64,000 nt of DNA, from the NCBI GenBank assembly GCA_964203475.1, contig CAXNLR010000004.1, positions 2,073 to 66,072 on the forward strand. The letters are read 5' to 3'. Below, piece by piece: positions 53,145 to 63,140 of the stretch (its first letter is position 1; every line of letters starts with the position of its first letter). Source of the stretch: Candidatus Planktophila sp. GTDB taxonomy: Bacteria; Actinomycetota; Actinomycetes; Nanopelagicales; Nanopelagicaceae. Below the pieces are notes generated by a model. That model worked only from the letters and a program-made list of their open reading frames with translations, made no database searches and was not told the origin of the DNA. Made by a program: the position numbers and the translations under genes.

Positions 53145-53594
53145 CTAAGCAGGCAATTGCTCCAAAAGTTCTTTTATCGATCCATGCGTGAGCAGGATTG
53201 CATCAGGCTCAATTTCAAACCATGGTTGCAGAACAAAACGACGCTCGTGTGCCCGTGGATGTGGCAACTGCAATTCATCAGCCTTACTTAACAACCCCCC
53301 GTATTGAATGAGGTCCAGATCAATGGTTCGGGGTCCCCAATGCTCAATTCTTTCGCGGCCTAAACTCTTCTCGATGCCATGTAGCAATGACAATAGATCC
53401 ATTGCGGGCAATTCACTATCAATAATGCACACCGCATTTAAGTAATCGGGTTGCTCTGGTCCACCAACTGGTGAGGTTGTGTAATAGCTAGACACCAATT
53501 GCACATCAGTTGCTTCACGTAGCAATGCGATTGCTAAATCAAGATTCACTTTAGGTTCACCAATATTGGCCCCTAGTGCGATGACAGCTTTCAT
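53145..53594 (-). CDS. folK: HPPK (hydroxymethyldihydropterin pyrophosphokinase)
   Basis: ALGANIG, QPDYLN, WGPRTIDLDL, LPHPRAHERRFVL. Confidence 0.96.
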   Translation of the reverse strand: MKAVIALGANIGEPKVNLDLAIALLREATDVQLVSSYYTTSPVGGPEQPDYLNAVCIIDSELPAMDLLSLLHGIEKSLGRERIEHWGPRTIDLDLIQYGGLLSKADELQLPHPRAHERRFVLQPWFEIEPDAILLTHGSIKELLEQLPA

Positions 53595-53953
53595 CGTGAT
53601 CGAGTTACAACAACTGCGATGTCTTTTAATTGTGCAGCAACTGGTGCCTGGGGCTTGTGCACAGTGACCGTCACAGATTTAACTTTCAGATGCTGATTGA
53701 GTACTCGTTCTGCAATTCTTCCAGCTAACTTCTCAATCAAATTAACAGGATTACTTGTAATCTCTTCGACTACTAAATCTGTGATCTCGGCGTAATTGAC
53801 GGTATCTGCAATCGCATCTGATTGTGATGCTGCAGTTAAATCAACAGAAAGAGTAAGGTCAACAAAGAAATCTTGACCATCTTTGCGCTCTTGCTCAAAT
53901 AAACCGTGATTACCAAAACCATGGATGCCTGTTAGAACAATCTGATCACTCAT
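53591..53953 (-). CDS. folB: Dihydroneopterin aldolase
   Basis: HGLFEQER..GQ.F.VD, TVNY, NLIEKLA, KPQAP. Confidence 0.95.
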   Translation of the reverse strand: MSDQIVLTGIHGFGNHGLFEQERKDGQDFFVDLTLSVDLTAASQSDAIADTVNYAEITDLVVEEITSNPVNLIEKLAGRIAERVLNQHLKVKSVTVTVHKPQAPVAAQLKDIAVVVTRSR

Positions 53954-54705
53954 TGTGCCAACACCTCCTTATGTGGTTTCACGCTATGAACTCTAACCGC
54001 CCACACACCTGTGGTGGCAAGTCGCTTAGTTAAATCAATTGTTGCTTGTTCTCTCTCATCGGGAGAGTCCCCACCTAGAAAACGCTTACGTGATCCACCC
54101 ACCAACACTGGATACCCCAAATCAACAAAGGAATCGATTGAATCAATGATCTCCCAGTTATGGTGGGCGTCTTTAGCAAAACCTAGACCTGGATCAATTA
54201 TTAGATTTCCTTCTTCAATGCCTGCATCTAAGGCAGCGGTAATACGCTCTTGTAGCTCTGAAATCACATCAATGACGACATCGCTGTAAATAGCCCTTGA
54301 ATTCATGTCTTTTGACTGCCCGCGCCAGTGCATTGCAATGTAAGGAACTTTTAATCGTGCCGCGGTTTGCAGCATATTTGGATCTGCTAATCCCCCGCTG
54401 ACATCATTAATTATTGATGCACCCGCTTTGATTGCAGCCTCTGCTGTACTTGCACGCATCGTGTCGATGCTAATTTTCACGCCGTGTTTAGCTAGTTCAG
54501 TTATAACCGGAATAGTGCGTTCTATTTCTTCTGCTTCACTTACACGATCTGCGCCAGGTCTAGTTGATTCACCACCGATGTCGATGATATCAACACCTTC
54601 TGTAATCATTTCTAAACCTCGTGCCACTGCCGCATCTAATTCGTTGTGCCGTCCACCATCGGCAAAGGAGTCAGGGGTTACATTCAAGATGCCCATGATC
54701 AACAT
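53950..54705 (-). CDS. folP: Dihydropteroate synthase
   Basis: MGILNVTPDSFADGG, GGESTRPG, DPGLGF, SRKRF, RVH. Confidence 0.96.
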   Translation of the reverse strand: MLIMGILNVTPDSFADGGRHNELDAAVARGLEMITEGVDIIDIGGESTRPGADRVSEAEEIERTIPVITELAKHGVKISIDTMRASTAEAAIKAGASIINDVSGGLADPNMLQTAARLKVPYIAMHWRGQSKDMNSRAIYSDVVIDVISELQERITAALDAGIEEGNLIIDPGLGFAKDAHHNWEIIDSIDSFVDLGYPVLVGGSRKRFLGGDSPDEREQATIDLTKRLATTGVWAVRVHSVKPHKEVLAQ

Positions 54706-54710
54706 GAGTA

Positions 54711-55313
54711 TTACGCCTTAGTGATAAGTGAAATTGCTTCTGCGCGTGTAGCAGGATTTGTTAGCGCACCGCGCACAGCAGATGTTGTAGTTCGAGCATG
54801 AGATTTCTTCACACCACGCATCGACATACAAAGATGCTCACAATCAATAATCACAATCACGCCTAGCGGATCCAAGATTTTCACCATTGCATCTGCGATC
54901 TGTGTAGTTAAACGCTCTTGCACCTGTGGGCGCTTTGCATATAAATCAACCAAGCGCGCAAGCTTTGAAAGACCGGTGATCTTTCCGCGCGGGATATAGC
55001 CGATATGTGCAACTCCATGGAACGGAGTCAAATGATGCTCACAATGAGAAAAGACTTCGATGTCACGAACGATTACTAACTCTTCATGGCCGATATCAAA
55101 AGTTGTTGTTAAAACATCTTCTGGAGATTGCCACAATCCTTCAAAGTTTTCCTTCATGGCACGAGCAACTCGCGCAGGTGTCTCTTTTAATCCTTCACGT
55201 TCAGGATCCTCGCCAAGGGCTATAAGTAGCTCGCGAACAGCCTTTTCAGCACGTTCCTGGTCATAAGGACTAGATGCGCGACCATCAGAGACAGTTACTT
55301 TATTTACCGTCAC
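54711..55313 (-). CDS. folE: GTP cyclohydrolase I
   Basis: [38 protein letters not shown]; GTG 55313 preferred as start. Confidence 0.95.
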   Translation of the reverse strand: MTVNKVTVSDGRASSPYDQERAEKAVRELLIALGEDPEREGLKETPARVARAMKENFEGLWQSPEDVLTTTFDIGHEELVIVRDIEVFSHCEHHLTPFHGVAHIGYIPRGKITGLSKLARLVDLYAKRPQVQERLTTQIADAMVKILDPLGVIVIIDCEHLCMSMRGVKKSHARTTTSAVRGALTNPATRAEAISLITKA

Positions 55314-57345
55314 TGGCAGCCTTCTTGCGTGTTGGTTTCTTCGCCTTAACCGGTGCCACAACAACGCGCTCTGGAACATCCACTGGTGGTTGCTCAGATG
55401 GGATGCGAGTTGCAGAACCAGTCCATGCAGGACGCTTTGTTACTAGTTTTACCTTCTTAAAGATAGCGGCGATTTCATCCTTGTTTAAAGTTTCCTTTTC
55501 GAGAAGTTCAATGACCATCTCATCAAGAATCTTGCGATTAGCAACCAAAATATCAAATGCCTCTTGGTGTGCATTTTCAATTAAACGACGAATTTCGCGA
55601 TCAACTACACCTGCGATGTTTTCGCTGTAATCGCGTTGATGTCCGTAATCTCGACCTAAGAATGGTTCAGATGCTCCGCCGCCAAGTTTGATCGCACCGA
55701 TTGCTTCGGTCATTCCGTATTGAGTAACCATTGCTCGAGCAAGCTCTGTTGCCTTTTCAATATCATTTGAAGCACCAGTTGATGGATCGTGGAAAATTAG
55801 CTCTTCTGCTGCGCGACCACCTAATGAATACGCCAACTGATCAAGTAGTTGATTACGAGTTGTTGAGTACTTGTCTTCATCAGGTAGAACCATGGTGTAA
55901 CCAAGTGCGCGGCCTCTAGGCATGATCGTTACCTTGTGAACAGGATCTGTATGTGGCAAAGCATGCGCAACAAGTGCGTGACCTGCTTCGTGATAAGCGG
56001 TGACTCGGCGTTCATCATCACTCATCAAACGAGATTTGCGTTGTGGTCCTGCCATGACGCGATCAATTGCTTCATCTAGTTCTGGATTTCCAATCACTGA
56101 CTTGTTTTCGCGAGCAGACAAAAGCGCTGCTTCATTGAGCACATTTGCTAAATCAGCGCCAGTAAAACCAGGGGTACGACGTGCGTAATCAACTAGCTTT
56201 ACCTCATCACTCAATGGCTTGCCCTTGGCATGGACCTGCAAGATAGCTTCGCGTCCTTTAAGGTCAGGACGATCAACAGCGATCTGACGATCAAAACGAC
56301 CCGGACGCAGCAATGCTGGATCCAAAACATCTGGACGGTTTGTTGCCGCAATCAAAATAACCTTGGAGTTTTCTTCAAAGCCATCCATCTCAACAAGTAG
56401 TTGGTTGAGGGTTTGTTCACGTTCATCGTGACCACCGCCCATACCGGCGCCACGTTGACGGCCAACAGCATCGATTTCGTCAATGAACACAATTGCTGGT
56501 GCATTTGCTTTTGCTTGATTAAACAAATCACGCACGCGTGCTGCACCAACACCGACAAACATTTCAACAAAGTCAGAACCTGAAATTGAATAAAAGGGAA
56601 CTCCTGCTTCACCAGCTACCGCGCGCGCAAGAAGTGTCTTACCTGTTCCTGGAGGGCCAAACAACAAAACTCCCTTAGGAATTTTTGCGCCAAGTGGTGC
56701 GTACTTTTCTGGTTTTGCAAGGAAATCTTTAATCTCATCTAGTTCAGCAAGTGCTTCATCTGCTCCTGCAACATCTTTGAATGTTGTCTTAGGAACTTCG
56801 TTGTCTTGTAATTTGGCACGAGATTTTCCAAATTGGAACACCTTGTTGCCACCTTGAGCTTGACTCATCATCCAGAAGAACAAGAATCCAATGAGTAGGA
56901 ATGGAACAATTGAAAATAGGAATGAGATAAGAAGAGATTGCGAAGGAACCTTGACATTCCATCCCTTTGAAGGTGGATTTGCAGTTAAGGCATCAACCAA
57001 GGTTGGTTCTTGTCGTGCAACATAGAAAGATTCAACCTTTGAGTCACCATTAATTGTGTTGCCAGGAGTAAGTATGAGACGAATCTTCTGATCTTTATCA
57101 ACTAGCTCTGCTGAGAGCACTTTTGACTGAGTAATGGCATCAATGGCTTGCGATGTTTCAATTTGAGTGTATTTATTCCCCGCAGATGAGATTTGGCCAA
57201 AAACTGTTACCGCAAAGATTGCCGCAATAATCCAAAAGAGAGGTCCACGAAAGATTTTGCTACCGTTAGATGCCGGCTTCTTAGGCAGCTTCTTGCTTGA
57301 GAAACTTTTCTTCGTCGGCTTCTTAGGCTTTTGTACTTGTGACAT
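55300..57345 (-). CDS. ftsH: ATP-dependent zinc metalloprotease FtsH
   Basis: 2 [22 protein letters not shown]. Confidence 0.97.
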   Translation of the reverse strand: MSQVQKPKKPTKKSFSSKKLPKKPASNGSKIFRGPLFWIIAAIFAVTVFGQISSAGNKYTQIETSQAIDAITQSKVLSAELVDKDQKIRLILTPGNTINGDSKVESFYVARQEPTLVDALTANPPSKGWNVKVPSQSLLISFLFSIVPFLLIGFLFFWMMSQAQGGNKVFQFGKSRAKLQDNEVPKTTFKDVAGADEALAELDEIKDFLAKPEKYAPLGAKIPKGVLLFGPPGTGKTLLARAVAGEAGVPFYSISGSDFVEMFVGVGAARVRDLFNQAKANAPAIVFIDEIDAVGRQRGAGMGGGHDEREQTLNQLLVEMDGFEENSKVILIAATNRPDVLDPALLRPGRFDRQIAVDRPDLKGREAILQVHAKGKPLSDEVKLVDYARRTPGFTGADLANVLNEAALLSARENKSVIGNPELDEAIDRVMAGPQRKSRLMSDDERRVTAYHEAGHALVAHALPHTDPVHKVTIMPRGRALGYTMVLPDEDKYSTTRNQLLDQLAYSLGGRAAEELIFHDPSTGASNDIEKATELARAMVTQYGMTEAIGAIKLGGGASEPFLGRDYGHQRDYSENIAGVVDREIRRLIENAHQEAFDILVANRKILDEMVIELLEKETLNKDEIAAIFKKVKLVTKRPAWTGSATRIPSEQPPVDVPERVVVAPVKAKKPTRKKAASDGK

Positions 57346-57370
57346 ATCTGGGGATTCTCGTTTCTAATTC

Positions 57371-57922
57371 TTATTCGTACATGTGCTTAGCAAGCACACC
57401 AATGAAGGGAAGGTTGCGGTACTTCTCATCGAAATCAAGTCCGTACCCAATTACGAAATCTTTTGGAATATCAAAGCCAACATACTTAACGTTTACTTCA
57501 ACCTTTGCTGCCTCTGGCTTGCGCAAAATTGAAAGAATTTCCACTGAACCAACTCCGCGTGATTCGAGGTTAGCCTTAAGCCAAGAAAGTGTTAAACCAG
57601 AGTCGACGATGTCTTCAACGATTAATACATTGCGACCCGTGATGTCTCGATCTAAATCTTTCAGGATGCGAACAACTCCACTGGATTTTGTTCCGGATCC
57701 ATAAGATGAGACTGCCATCCAGTCCATATCTATATGGCGTTGTAATGCGCGGGAAAGATCAGCAACTGCCATAACCGCGCCCTTTAAAACACCAACAAGT
57801 AAAAGGTCTTTACCTTCGTAATCTTTATCAACCTGGGCGGCAAGCTCTTTGATACGTGCTTGCAACTGTTCTTCGGTCACGATTACGCGTTCGATATCGC
57901 CTTTGACTGCTTCTAAATCCAC
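57371..57922 (-). CDS. hpt: Hypoxanthine phosphoribosyltransferase
   Basis: VLKGA, LIVEDIVDSGLTL, FVIGYGLD. Confidence 0.96.
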   Translation of the reverse strand: MDLEAVKGDIERVIVTEEQLQARIKELAAQVDKDYEGKDLLLVGVLKGAVMAVADLSRALQRHIDMDWMAVSSYGSGTKSSGVVRILKDLDRDITGRNVLIVEDIVDSGLTLSWLKANLESRGVGSVEILSILRKPEAAKVEVNVKYVGFDIPKDFVIGYGLDFDEKYRNLPFIGVLAKHMYE

Positions 57923-57930
57923 GGTTCTCC

Positions 57931-58893
57931 CTATGGTCGGTGCGGTGAGAGCGAAAGTCTGCCCGAAATTCGCTCAACCTTCACACCGCCGGGAAGATTG
58001 AGCGCACCTTGGCCGCTCCACGCGGAGATTAGGGCTTCAACGGCGCTTACATGATCGGCTGAGACCGATCCTGAAGGAGCACCAGCGGCATAGATGGCTG
58101 CTCGCAGAATTCGGGTGCGAATTGCTCGAGGCAAGGATTCAAGATGGGCACAATCCAAATCATGCAGATCTAGATGAATCTCTTCTCGCTTTGCCCAATG
58201 ATCAAGTGCGTCGGCATCATCTCGCAACAGGTGAGAGCTACGAGCCAATGCATCTGAAATTCCAGGTCCAATAGTTTTTTCTAGTACTGGAAGTGCCTCA
58301 GTGCGAACACGAACACGTGCAAACTGTGAATCTTGATTGTGTGGATCATTCCAGTAATCCAAACCAATTTCTTTACAAAATTCTTCGTTTTGGTTGCGAG
58401 TAATTTCTAGAAGTGGCCGGACATAGAGCCCATTGTGATGTGCCATTCCAGATAGTGAACGTGTTCCAGATCCGCGTGCAAGTCCTAACAAAACTGTTTC
58501 GGCTTGATCATCTTTTGTGTGGCCAAGAAAAATAGCCACTGCTTTCTCTTGGTCAGCAACTTCGCCCAGCGCTTCATATCTGACTTTGCGTGCTGATGCC
58601 TCTAAACCTTCTTTAACATCGACGGTGACCTTCTTGATTACACACTTCAGCCCAAACTTTGAAAGTTGCGCTACAACTTTTTCTGCTTGTGTTGAAGAAG
58701 CAGCTTGTAATTGATGATCGACAGTTACACCAATAACAGTAATTGCAAGTTTTTCTGCTTCCACTGAAAGTGCGTAGGCAAGTGCTAAAGAATCAGCGCC
58801 ACCAGAGACAGCTACTAGAACTTTGTCTCCGGCTTCATATTTTTCCAGCCAGGTTCGAACCGCGTTACGAACTGCAGGAACTGCTGTTGTCAT
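57931..58893 (-). CDS. tilS: tRNA(Ile)-lysidine synthetase
   Basis: SGGADS, HTKDDQAET, RPLL, DPHN. Confidence 0.95.
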   Translation of the reverse strand: MTTAVPAVRNAVRTWLEKYEAGDKVLVAVSGGADSLALAYALSVEAEKLAITVIGVTVDHQLQAASSTQAEKVVAQLSKFGLKCVIKKVTVDVKEGLEASARKVRYEALGEVADQEKAVAIFLGHTKDDQAETVLLGLARGSGTRSLSGMAHHNGLYVRPLLEITRNQNEEFCKEIGLDYWNDPHNQDSQFARVRVRTEALPVLEKTIGPGISDALARSSHLLRDDADALDHWAKREEIHLDLHDLDCAHLESLPRAIRTRILRAAIYAAGAPSGSVSADHVSAVEALISAWSGQGALNLPGGVKVERISGRLSLSPHRP

Positions 58894-58913
58894 AGGACAA
58901 GAGTAGTGCTGGT

Positions 58914-60113
58914 TTAGACGCGGCCACCAAATGGCATCAAGCCTTTAATGCTGTAGATATTTGAATATAGCAAGCCACGACCCTTTGAGTTTGCTTCCCA
59001 CATCATGCCGTTGCCCGCATAAATCGTGATGTGGTGAATTGTTGAGATGTTTCCTTTGTAAGAGTAGAAAAGCAAGTCTCCTGGGACAAGGTCTTTCAAT
59101 GAAACATGCTGGGTATAGCCAGAATACAAAGCAGAGTTGAGGCGATCCCAATTGGGCCAACCAAGTCCAGCTGCTTTATATGCGGCATAAACAAGTCCTG
59201 AACAGTCAAAGGAATTAGGGCCTTCAGTTCCCCAAATGTATGGCTTGCGTGCAAGAACTTGTGTTTTGGCAAATGCAACAGCCTTGTCACGTTGCGCTTG
59301 AGTAGTTCTAGATGTTGAGCGACCTTTAAAGCCAGTATCTGGCCAGACATTCTTTTGTCCGCCAGTTTGTGCAGCGGTGTTCGCTTGGCTTTCTTCGAGC
59401 AATGCAAGTTGTCGTTGTTGCTCAAGAGTTGTTCTAACTTTTCTAGCACTCATTAATTGACGCATTAACTCATCTTGAACTTTTTGTAACTTGGCAACTT
59501 CTTTTGCTTGTTCTGCTTTTGCATCATCTGCAAGTTTCTTGGTTGCCGCTACTTTATCTGTTGCAACTTGCTGGACAGCTTTTGCTGCATCTGCTGCTGC
59601 TTTTGCTACTCGTGCAGCGGCTTCAGCTTCCTTAAACTGTGCAAGTGCAACTGAATTTTGTGCACCCAAAGTACTCAGTGTCGATAGTTGATCAATTAAA
59701 TCTTGTGGACCATTGGCACTTAGCAAAGGCTGAATATCGCTCATGCTTCCGCCCATGATGTAGGCATTTGATGCCAGGCGACCAATCGTCTTGTGCGCTT
59801 CGGCAACTGCTGCTGCAGTTTCTGCAGCATGCTTTGCTGCTGCCATGGCTAGCGATGTTGCTACCGCTAACTCAGCTTGCGCCTTTCTATAAACAGCAGC
59901 TGCTGCATTTGCTTTTGCAGTTAGCGCTCGAAGGCTTTGATTAGCTGCGGCCAACTTCTTAGCTTGCGCATCAGCAATCTTTTTCTTTGCAGCTTCGACT
60001 TTCTTTGCAGCTTCGATTTCAGCCACAGTTGGTTTAGGGACTGCAACAGCCGGCACTGACGAAATCGACAGCCCCAGAATTACAGCAAGCGAGATCGCCC
60101 TGAACTTTTTCAC
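58914..60113 (-). CDS. Secreted NlpC/P60 peptidoglycan endopeptidase with Ala-rich coiled coil (RipA-like)
   Basis: Signal peptide, coiled coil, PYIWG..FDCSGL, PGDLLF, HHITIYAGNG..EA (Cys-His-Glu). Confidence 0.9.
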   Translation of the reverse strand: MKKFRAISLAVILGLSISSVPAVAVPKPTVAEIEAAKKVEAAKKKIADAQAKKLAAANQSLRALTAKANAAAAVYRKAQAELAVATSLAMAAAKHAAETAAAVAEAHKTIGRLASNAYIMGGSMSDIQPLLSANGPQDLIDQLSTLSTLGAQNSVALAQFKEAEAAARVAKAAADAAKAVQQVATDKVAATKKLADDAKAEQAKEVAKLQKVQDELMRQLMSARKVRTTLEQQRQLALLEESQANTAAQTGGQKNVWPDTGFKGRSTSRTTQAQRDKAVAFAKTQVLARKPYIWGTEGPNSFDCSGLVYAAYKAAGLGWPNWDRLNSALYSGYTQHVSLKDLVPGDLLFYSYKGNISTIHHITIYAGNGMMWEANSKGRGLLYSNIYSIKGLMPFGGRV

Positions 60114-60190
60114 TTAAAACCTTTCGAAAGGGAAGGTCTAAAGAATAAATGGCCAACCTTAGAAAAGCGGGGTTTTACGTGTGAGTGTCC

Positions 60191-60982
60191 TTAATTAGCT
60201 ACATCACGACGAACAAAAAGCACAGAAGCAATAATTGCCCCAACCGCTACATACAACCCACCAACAGTCAGTGCATGTTTGTAGGTCAGATCTACCGCTC
60301 CACCAGAGGCGATTGCAGATAGTTGGGCACCAGGCAACCAGTTTTGTAAGGAGTTTTTCACAGCAATTAATAAGTTCTCAACGATCAATAACCACAAAAC
60401 ACCAAAGGATATTGCGCTAATTGGGGAGCGCAATAAAAGACCTAGAACCATTCCAACGATTCCAAAGGCAACAACAGAGATTGTCACATTTATAAAAGTG
60501 GTGAATATGGCTTCAAAACCAGCAGATGTGAACCAAAGATCCGTGCTCACATCGGCGCCGGGGGCGAGGATGTAAGAAATTGCGATACTAACAACAGCGG
60601 CAATTGCAATCATGACGATTGCAAATAGCATCATTGAAATCAACTTGCCAATAAGAATCTTCATGCGTCCTGGCTGGCGAATCAAAAGATTTCGCAAGGT
60701 CCCGTATGTGTATTCCTGTGCCGTTTGTGCGGCAAATACACACAGCGCAATGATCCCTAAGAATCCTCCAACAGATGCAAATCCGTTCACAGATCCACTT
60801 GCGAGTCCAAGAACTTCTCTACCGATTGATCGACCTCGGTCACCATTACCTTGGGGTGAATCGATCATCAAGTAAATGAAAGATGTAATTAAACCTGTGA
60901 AGAAGAGGGCAGCTCCCATGGTGCCAAAAAACAATGTCGGGCGACGCAGTTTTCTTAGTTCTGCTTTGACAACATTAAACAT
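60191..60982 (-). CDS. ABC-2 type exporter permease
   Basis: KAELRKL, EYTYGTLR..QPGR..GK, C-terminal RRDV; 6 TM. Confidence 0.87.
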   Translation of the reverse strand: MFNVVKAELRKLRRPTLFFGTMGAALFFTGLITSFIYLMIDSPQGNGDRGRSIGREVLGLASGSVNGFASVGGFLGIIALCVFAAQTAQEYTYGTLRNLLIRQPGRMKILIGKLISMMLFAIVMIAIAAVVSIAISYILAPGADVSTDLWFTSAGFEAIFTTFINVTISVVAFGIVGMVLGLLLRSPISAISFGVLWLLIVENLLIAVKNSLQNWLPGAQLSAIASGGAVDLTYKHALTVGGLYVAVGAIIASVLFVRRDVAN

Positions 60983-61887
60983 TACTTGTCCCCCGTCATT
61001 TCAAAGAACGTTTCTTCAAGATTTGGCAGCTGCGGAGCAAGTTGTGCCAATGTGATTCCCGCATCAAAGGCTGCTTTATTAAGCACCGGTGCCCAAGCCA
61101 TATCTGCCAAGACATGAACTGAATCATTTCGAATCACTGCATGGTGTCCTGCTGCTTCTGCTATTTCAACAATTCGCTTCAAATCAGAATGATTGAGAGA
61201 TTTAGCAATAATCGTTGGTTGTTGTTGCGCCATTAGTTCGCCGATTGGGCCAGCAAAGACAATTTCACCCTTGCGCAACATAACAATGTAATCACTAATA
61301 ATTTCTAACTCAGATAACAAGTGGGAAGAGACAAACACCGTTGTTCCCTCATTTGCTAGATCGCGCAATAGAGCACGAACCTCTTGAATTCCTTCCGGAT
61401 CTAAACCATTTGTTGGTTCATCTAACATTAGTAATTTAGGATTAGGTAGCAGCGCTGCCGCAATTCCTAATCTCTGCTTCATTCCCAGTGAATAAGTCTT
61501 AAACTTTGACTTACCGCGATCTCCGAGCCCAACTTTGTCTAGTAACTGCTGTACTCGCTCGATTGGAAATCCACCAAGTTTTGCCAGAACCATTAAGTTT
61601 TCATAACCTGAAAGTGCTGGGTAAAAAGCAGGTCCTTCGATCATTGCGCCGACGCGACTTAAGTATTTTTCTGGATGCTCTATTGGCTCACCAAGAATGT
61701 GGCCCTGACCAGTTGTTGGCGTAATCAACCCAAGCAACATGCGCATGGTTGTTGTCTTACCTGATCCATTAGGGCCAACAAAGCCACAAACGGTTCCTAA
61801 GGGGACTTCGAAGTTGATGTGTGAGACCGCTAAGCGATCATCATATTTTTTGGAGAGATCGGAGACTGAAATCGCTGTGTTAGGCAT
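60982..61887 (-). CDS. ABC exporter ATP-binding protein (BcrA-like)
   Basis: GPNGSGKTT, YSLGMKQRL, LDEPTNGLDP, SSHLL; start ATG 61887 (ORF-track extension overlaps metZ). Confidence 0.92.
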   Translation of the reverse strand: MPNTAISVSDLSKKYDDRLAVSHINFEVPLGTVCGFVGPNGSGKTTTMRMLLGLITPTTGQGHILGEPIEHPEKYLSRVGAMIEGPAFYPALSGYENLMVLAKLGGFPIERVQQLLDKVGLGDRGKSKFKTYSLGMKQRLGIAAALLPNPKLLMLDEPTNGLDPEGIQEVRALLRDLANEGTTVFVSSHLLSELEIISDYIVMLRKGEIVFAGPIGELMAQQQPTIIAKSLNHSDLKRIVEIAEAAGHHAVIRNDSVHVLADMAWAPVLNKAAFDAGITLAQLAPQLPNLEETFFEMTGDK

Positions 61888-61913
61888 ACCCCACACTCTG
61901 CCACAATTAGTCC

Positions 61914-63140
61914 ATGAGCAAACGACCTTGGGGTTATCAGCCTCGTAAGGATTCACTGGGACCTGACTGGGAATTACATCCACAGACACATTCAGTGCGC
62001 GCTGGTTTGGCTCGTTCTGGTTTTGGTGAAACATCTGAAGCTTTGTATCTCAACAGTGGTTTTACATATTCATCTGCTGAAGAAGCTTTCAATTCATTTG
62101 CTGAAGAGACAGATCACTTCCTATATAGCCGTTTCCACAATCCAACAATTGCAATGTTTGAACAGCGTCTTGCCGCAATTGAAGGTGCAGATATGTGTGT
62201 TGCAACAGGCTCTGGAATGTCTGCGATGTTCGCATCTCTTGCGTGTTTAGTAGAGCAGGGTGACCACGTTGTTGCATCGGCTGCCATGTTTTCTTCTTGC
62301 CATGTTGTTATTACAGAATTCTTGCCAAAGTGGGGCGTTACCTTTGAGTTAGTAAAGGGCAACGATCCTGCTGCTTGGGCAAAAGCACTGAGCAAGCCAA
62401 CAAAGGCTGTCTTTATTGAAACACCAAGTAATCCGTTGTTAGAGATTGTTGATATCAAAATGGTCAGCGATCTTGCGCACAAGGTTGGTGCAACTGTAAT
62501 TGTTGATAACGTGATGGCTTCTCCTGTTCTACAAAAGCCATTACAACTCGGTGCAGATGTGGTTATGTATTCAGCGACAAAGCACATCGATGGTCAAGGG
62601 CGAGTTTTAGCTGGCGCGCTACTTGGTTCTGCAGATTACATTGTTGACAAACTTCTACCATTTGTTCGCCATACAGGACCTGCACTTAGTTCTTTCAACG
62701 CTTGGGTTCTTGTTAAATCACTTGAAACAATGCATATGCGCGTTTTGAGCATGGTTTCAAATGCACAAGCAGTTGCTGAGTTCTTAGAAAAGCAACCTGC
62801 AATCAAATCTGTCCGCTACCCAGGATTAAAGTCTCATCCAAGTCATGAATTAGCAATGAAGCAGATGAACAATGGTGGCGGAAGCACGATCGGAATTGAA
62901 TTCAAGGGTTCTCAAGAGGAAGTCTTTGCCTTCATGAACAAGCTTCGTGTGATTGATATTTCTAATAACTTAGGTGATAGCAAGTCTCTTATTACTCATC
63001 CTGCATCTACTACGCACCGACGTTTAGCCCCTGAAGTACAGGCTGAGATGGGCATAACAGAATCCGTGCTGCGTTTATCAATTGGATTAGAACACTCATC
63101 AGATCTTATTAAAGATCTAGAGCAGGCTTTAGCTAAGTAG
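61914..63140 (+). CDS. metZ: O-succinylhomoserine sulfhydrylase (Cys/Met PLP enzyme)
   Basis: ETSEALYLNSGF, YSRFHNPT, YSATKHIDGQGRVLAG, SNNLGDSKSLITHPASTTH. Confidence 0.9.
   Translation: MSKRPWGYQPRKDSLGPDWELHPQTHSVRAGLARSGFGETSEALYLNSGFTYSSAEEAFNSFAEETDHFLYSRFHNPTIAMFEQRLAAIEGADMCVATGSGMSAMFASLACLVEQGDHVVASAAMFSSCHVVITEFLPKWGVTFELVKGNDPAAWAKALSKPTKAVFIETPSNPLLEIVDIKMVSDLAHKVGATVIVDNVMASPVLQKPLQLGADVVMYSATKHIDGQGRVLAGALLGSADYIVDKLLPFVRHTGPALSSFNAWVLVKSLETMHMRVLSMVSNAQAVAEFLEKQPAIKSVRYPGLKSHPSHELAMKQMNNGGGSTIGIEFKGSQEEVFAFMNKLRVIDISNNLGDSKSLITHPASTTHRRLAPEVQAEMGITESVLRLSIGLEHSSDLIKDLEQALAK

Noticed and set aside
59460-60030. GCT/GCA-rich repetitive DNA
   Set aside because: Encodes the Ala/Lys-rich coiled coil of the NlpC/P60 protein; not a CRISPR or tandem DNA repeat
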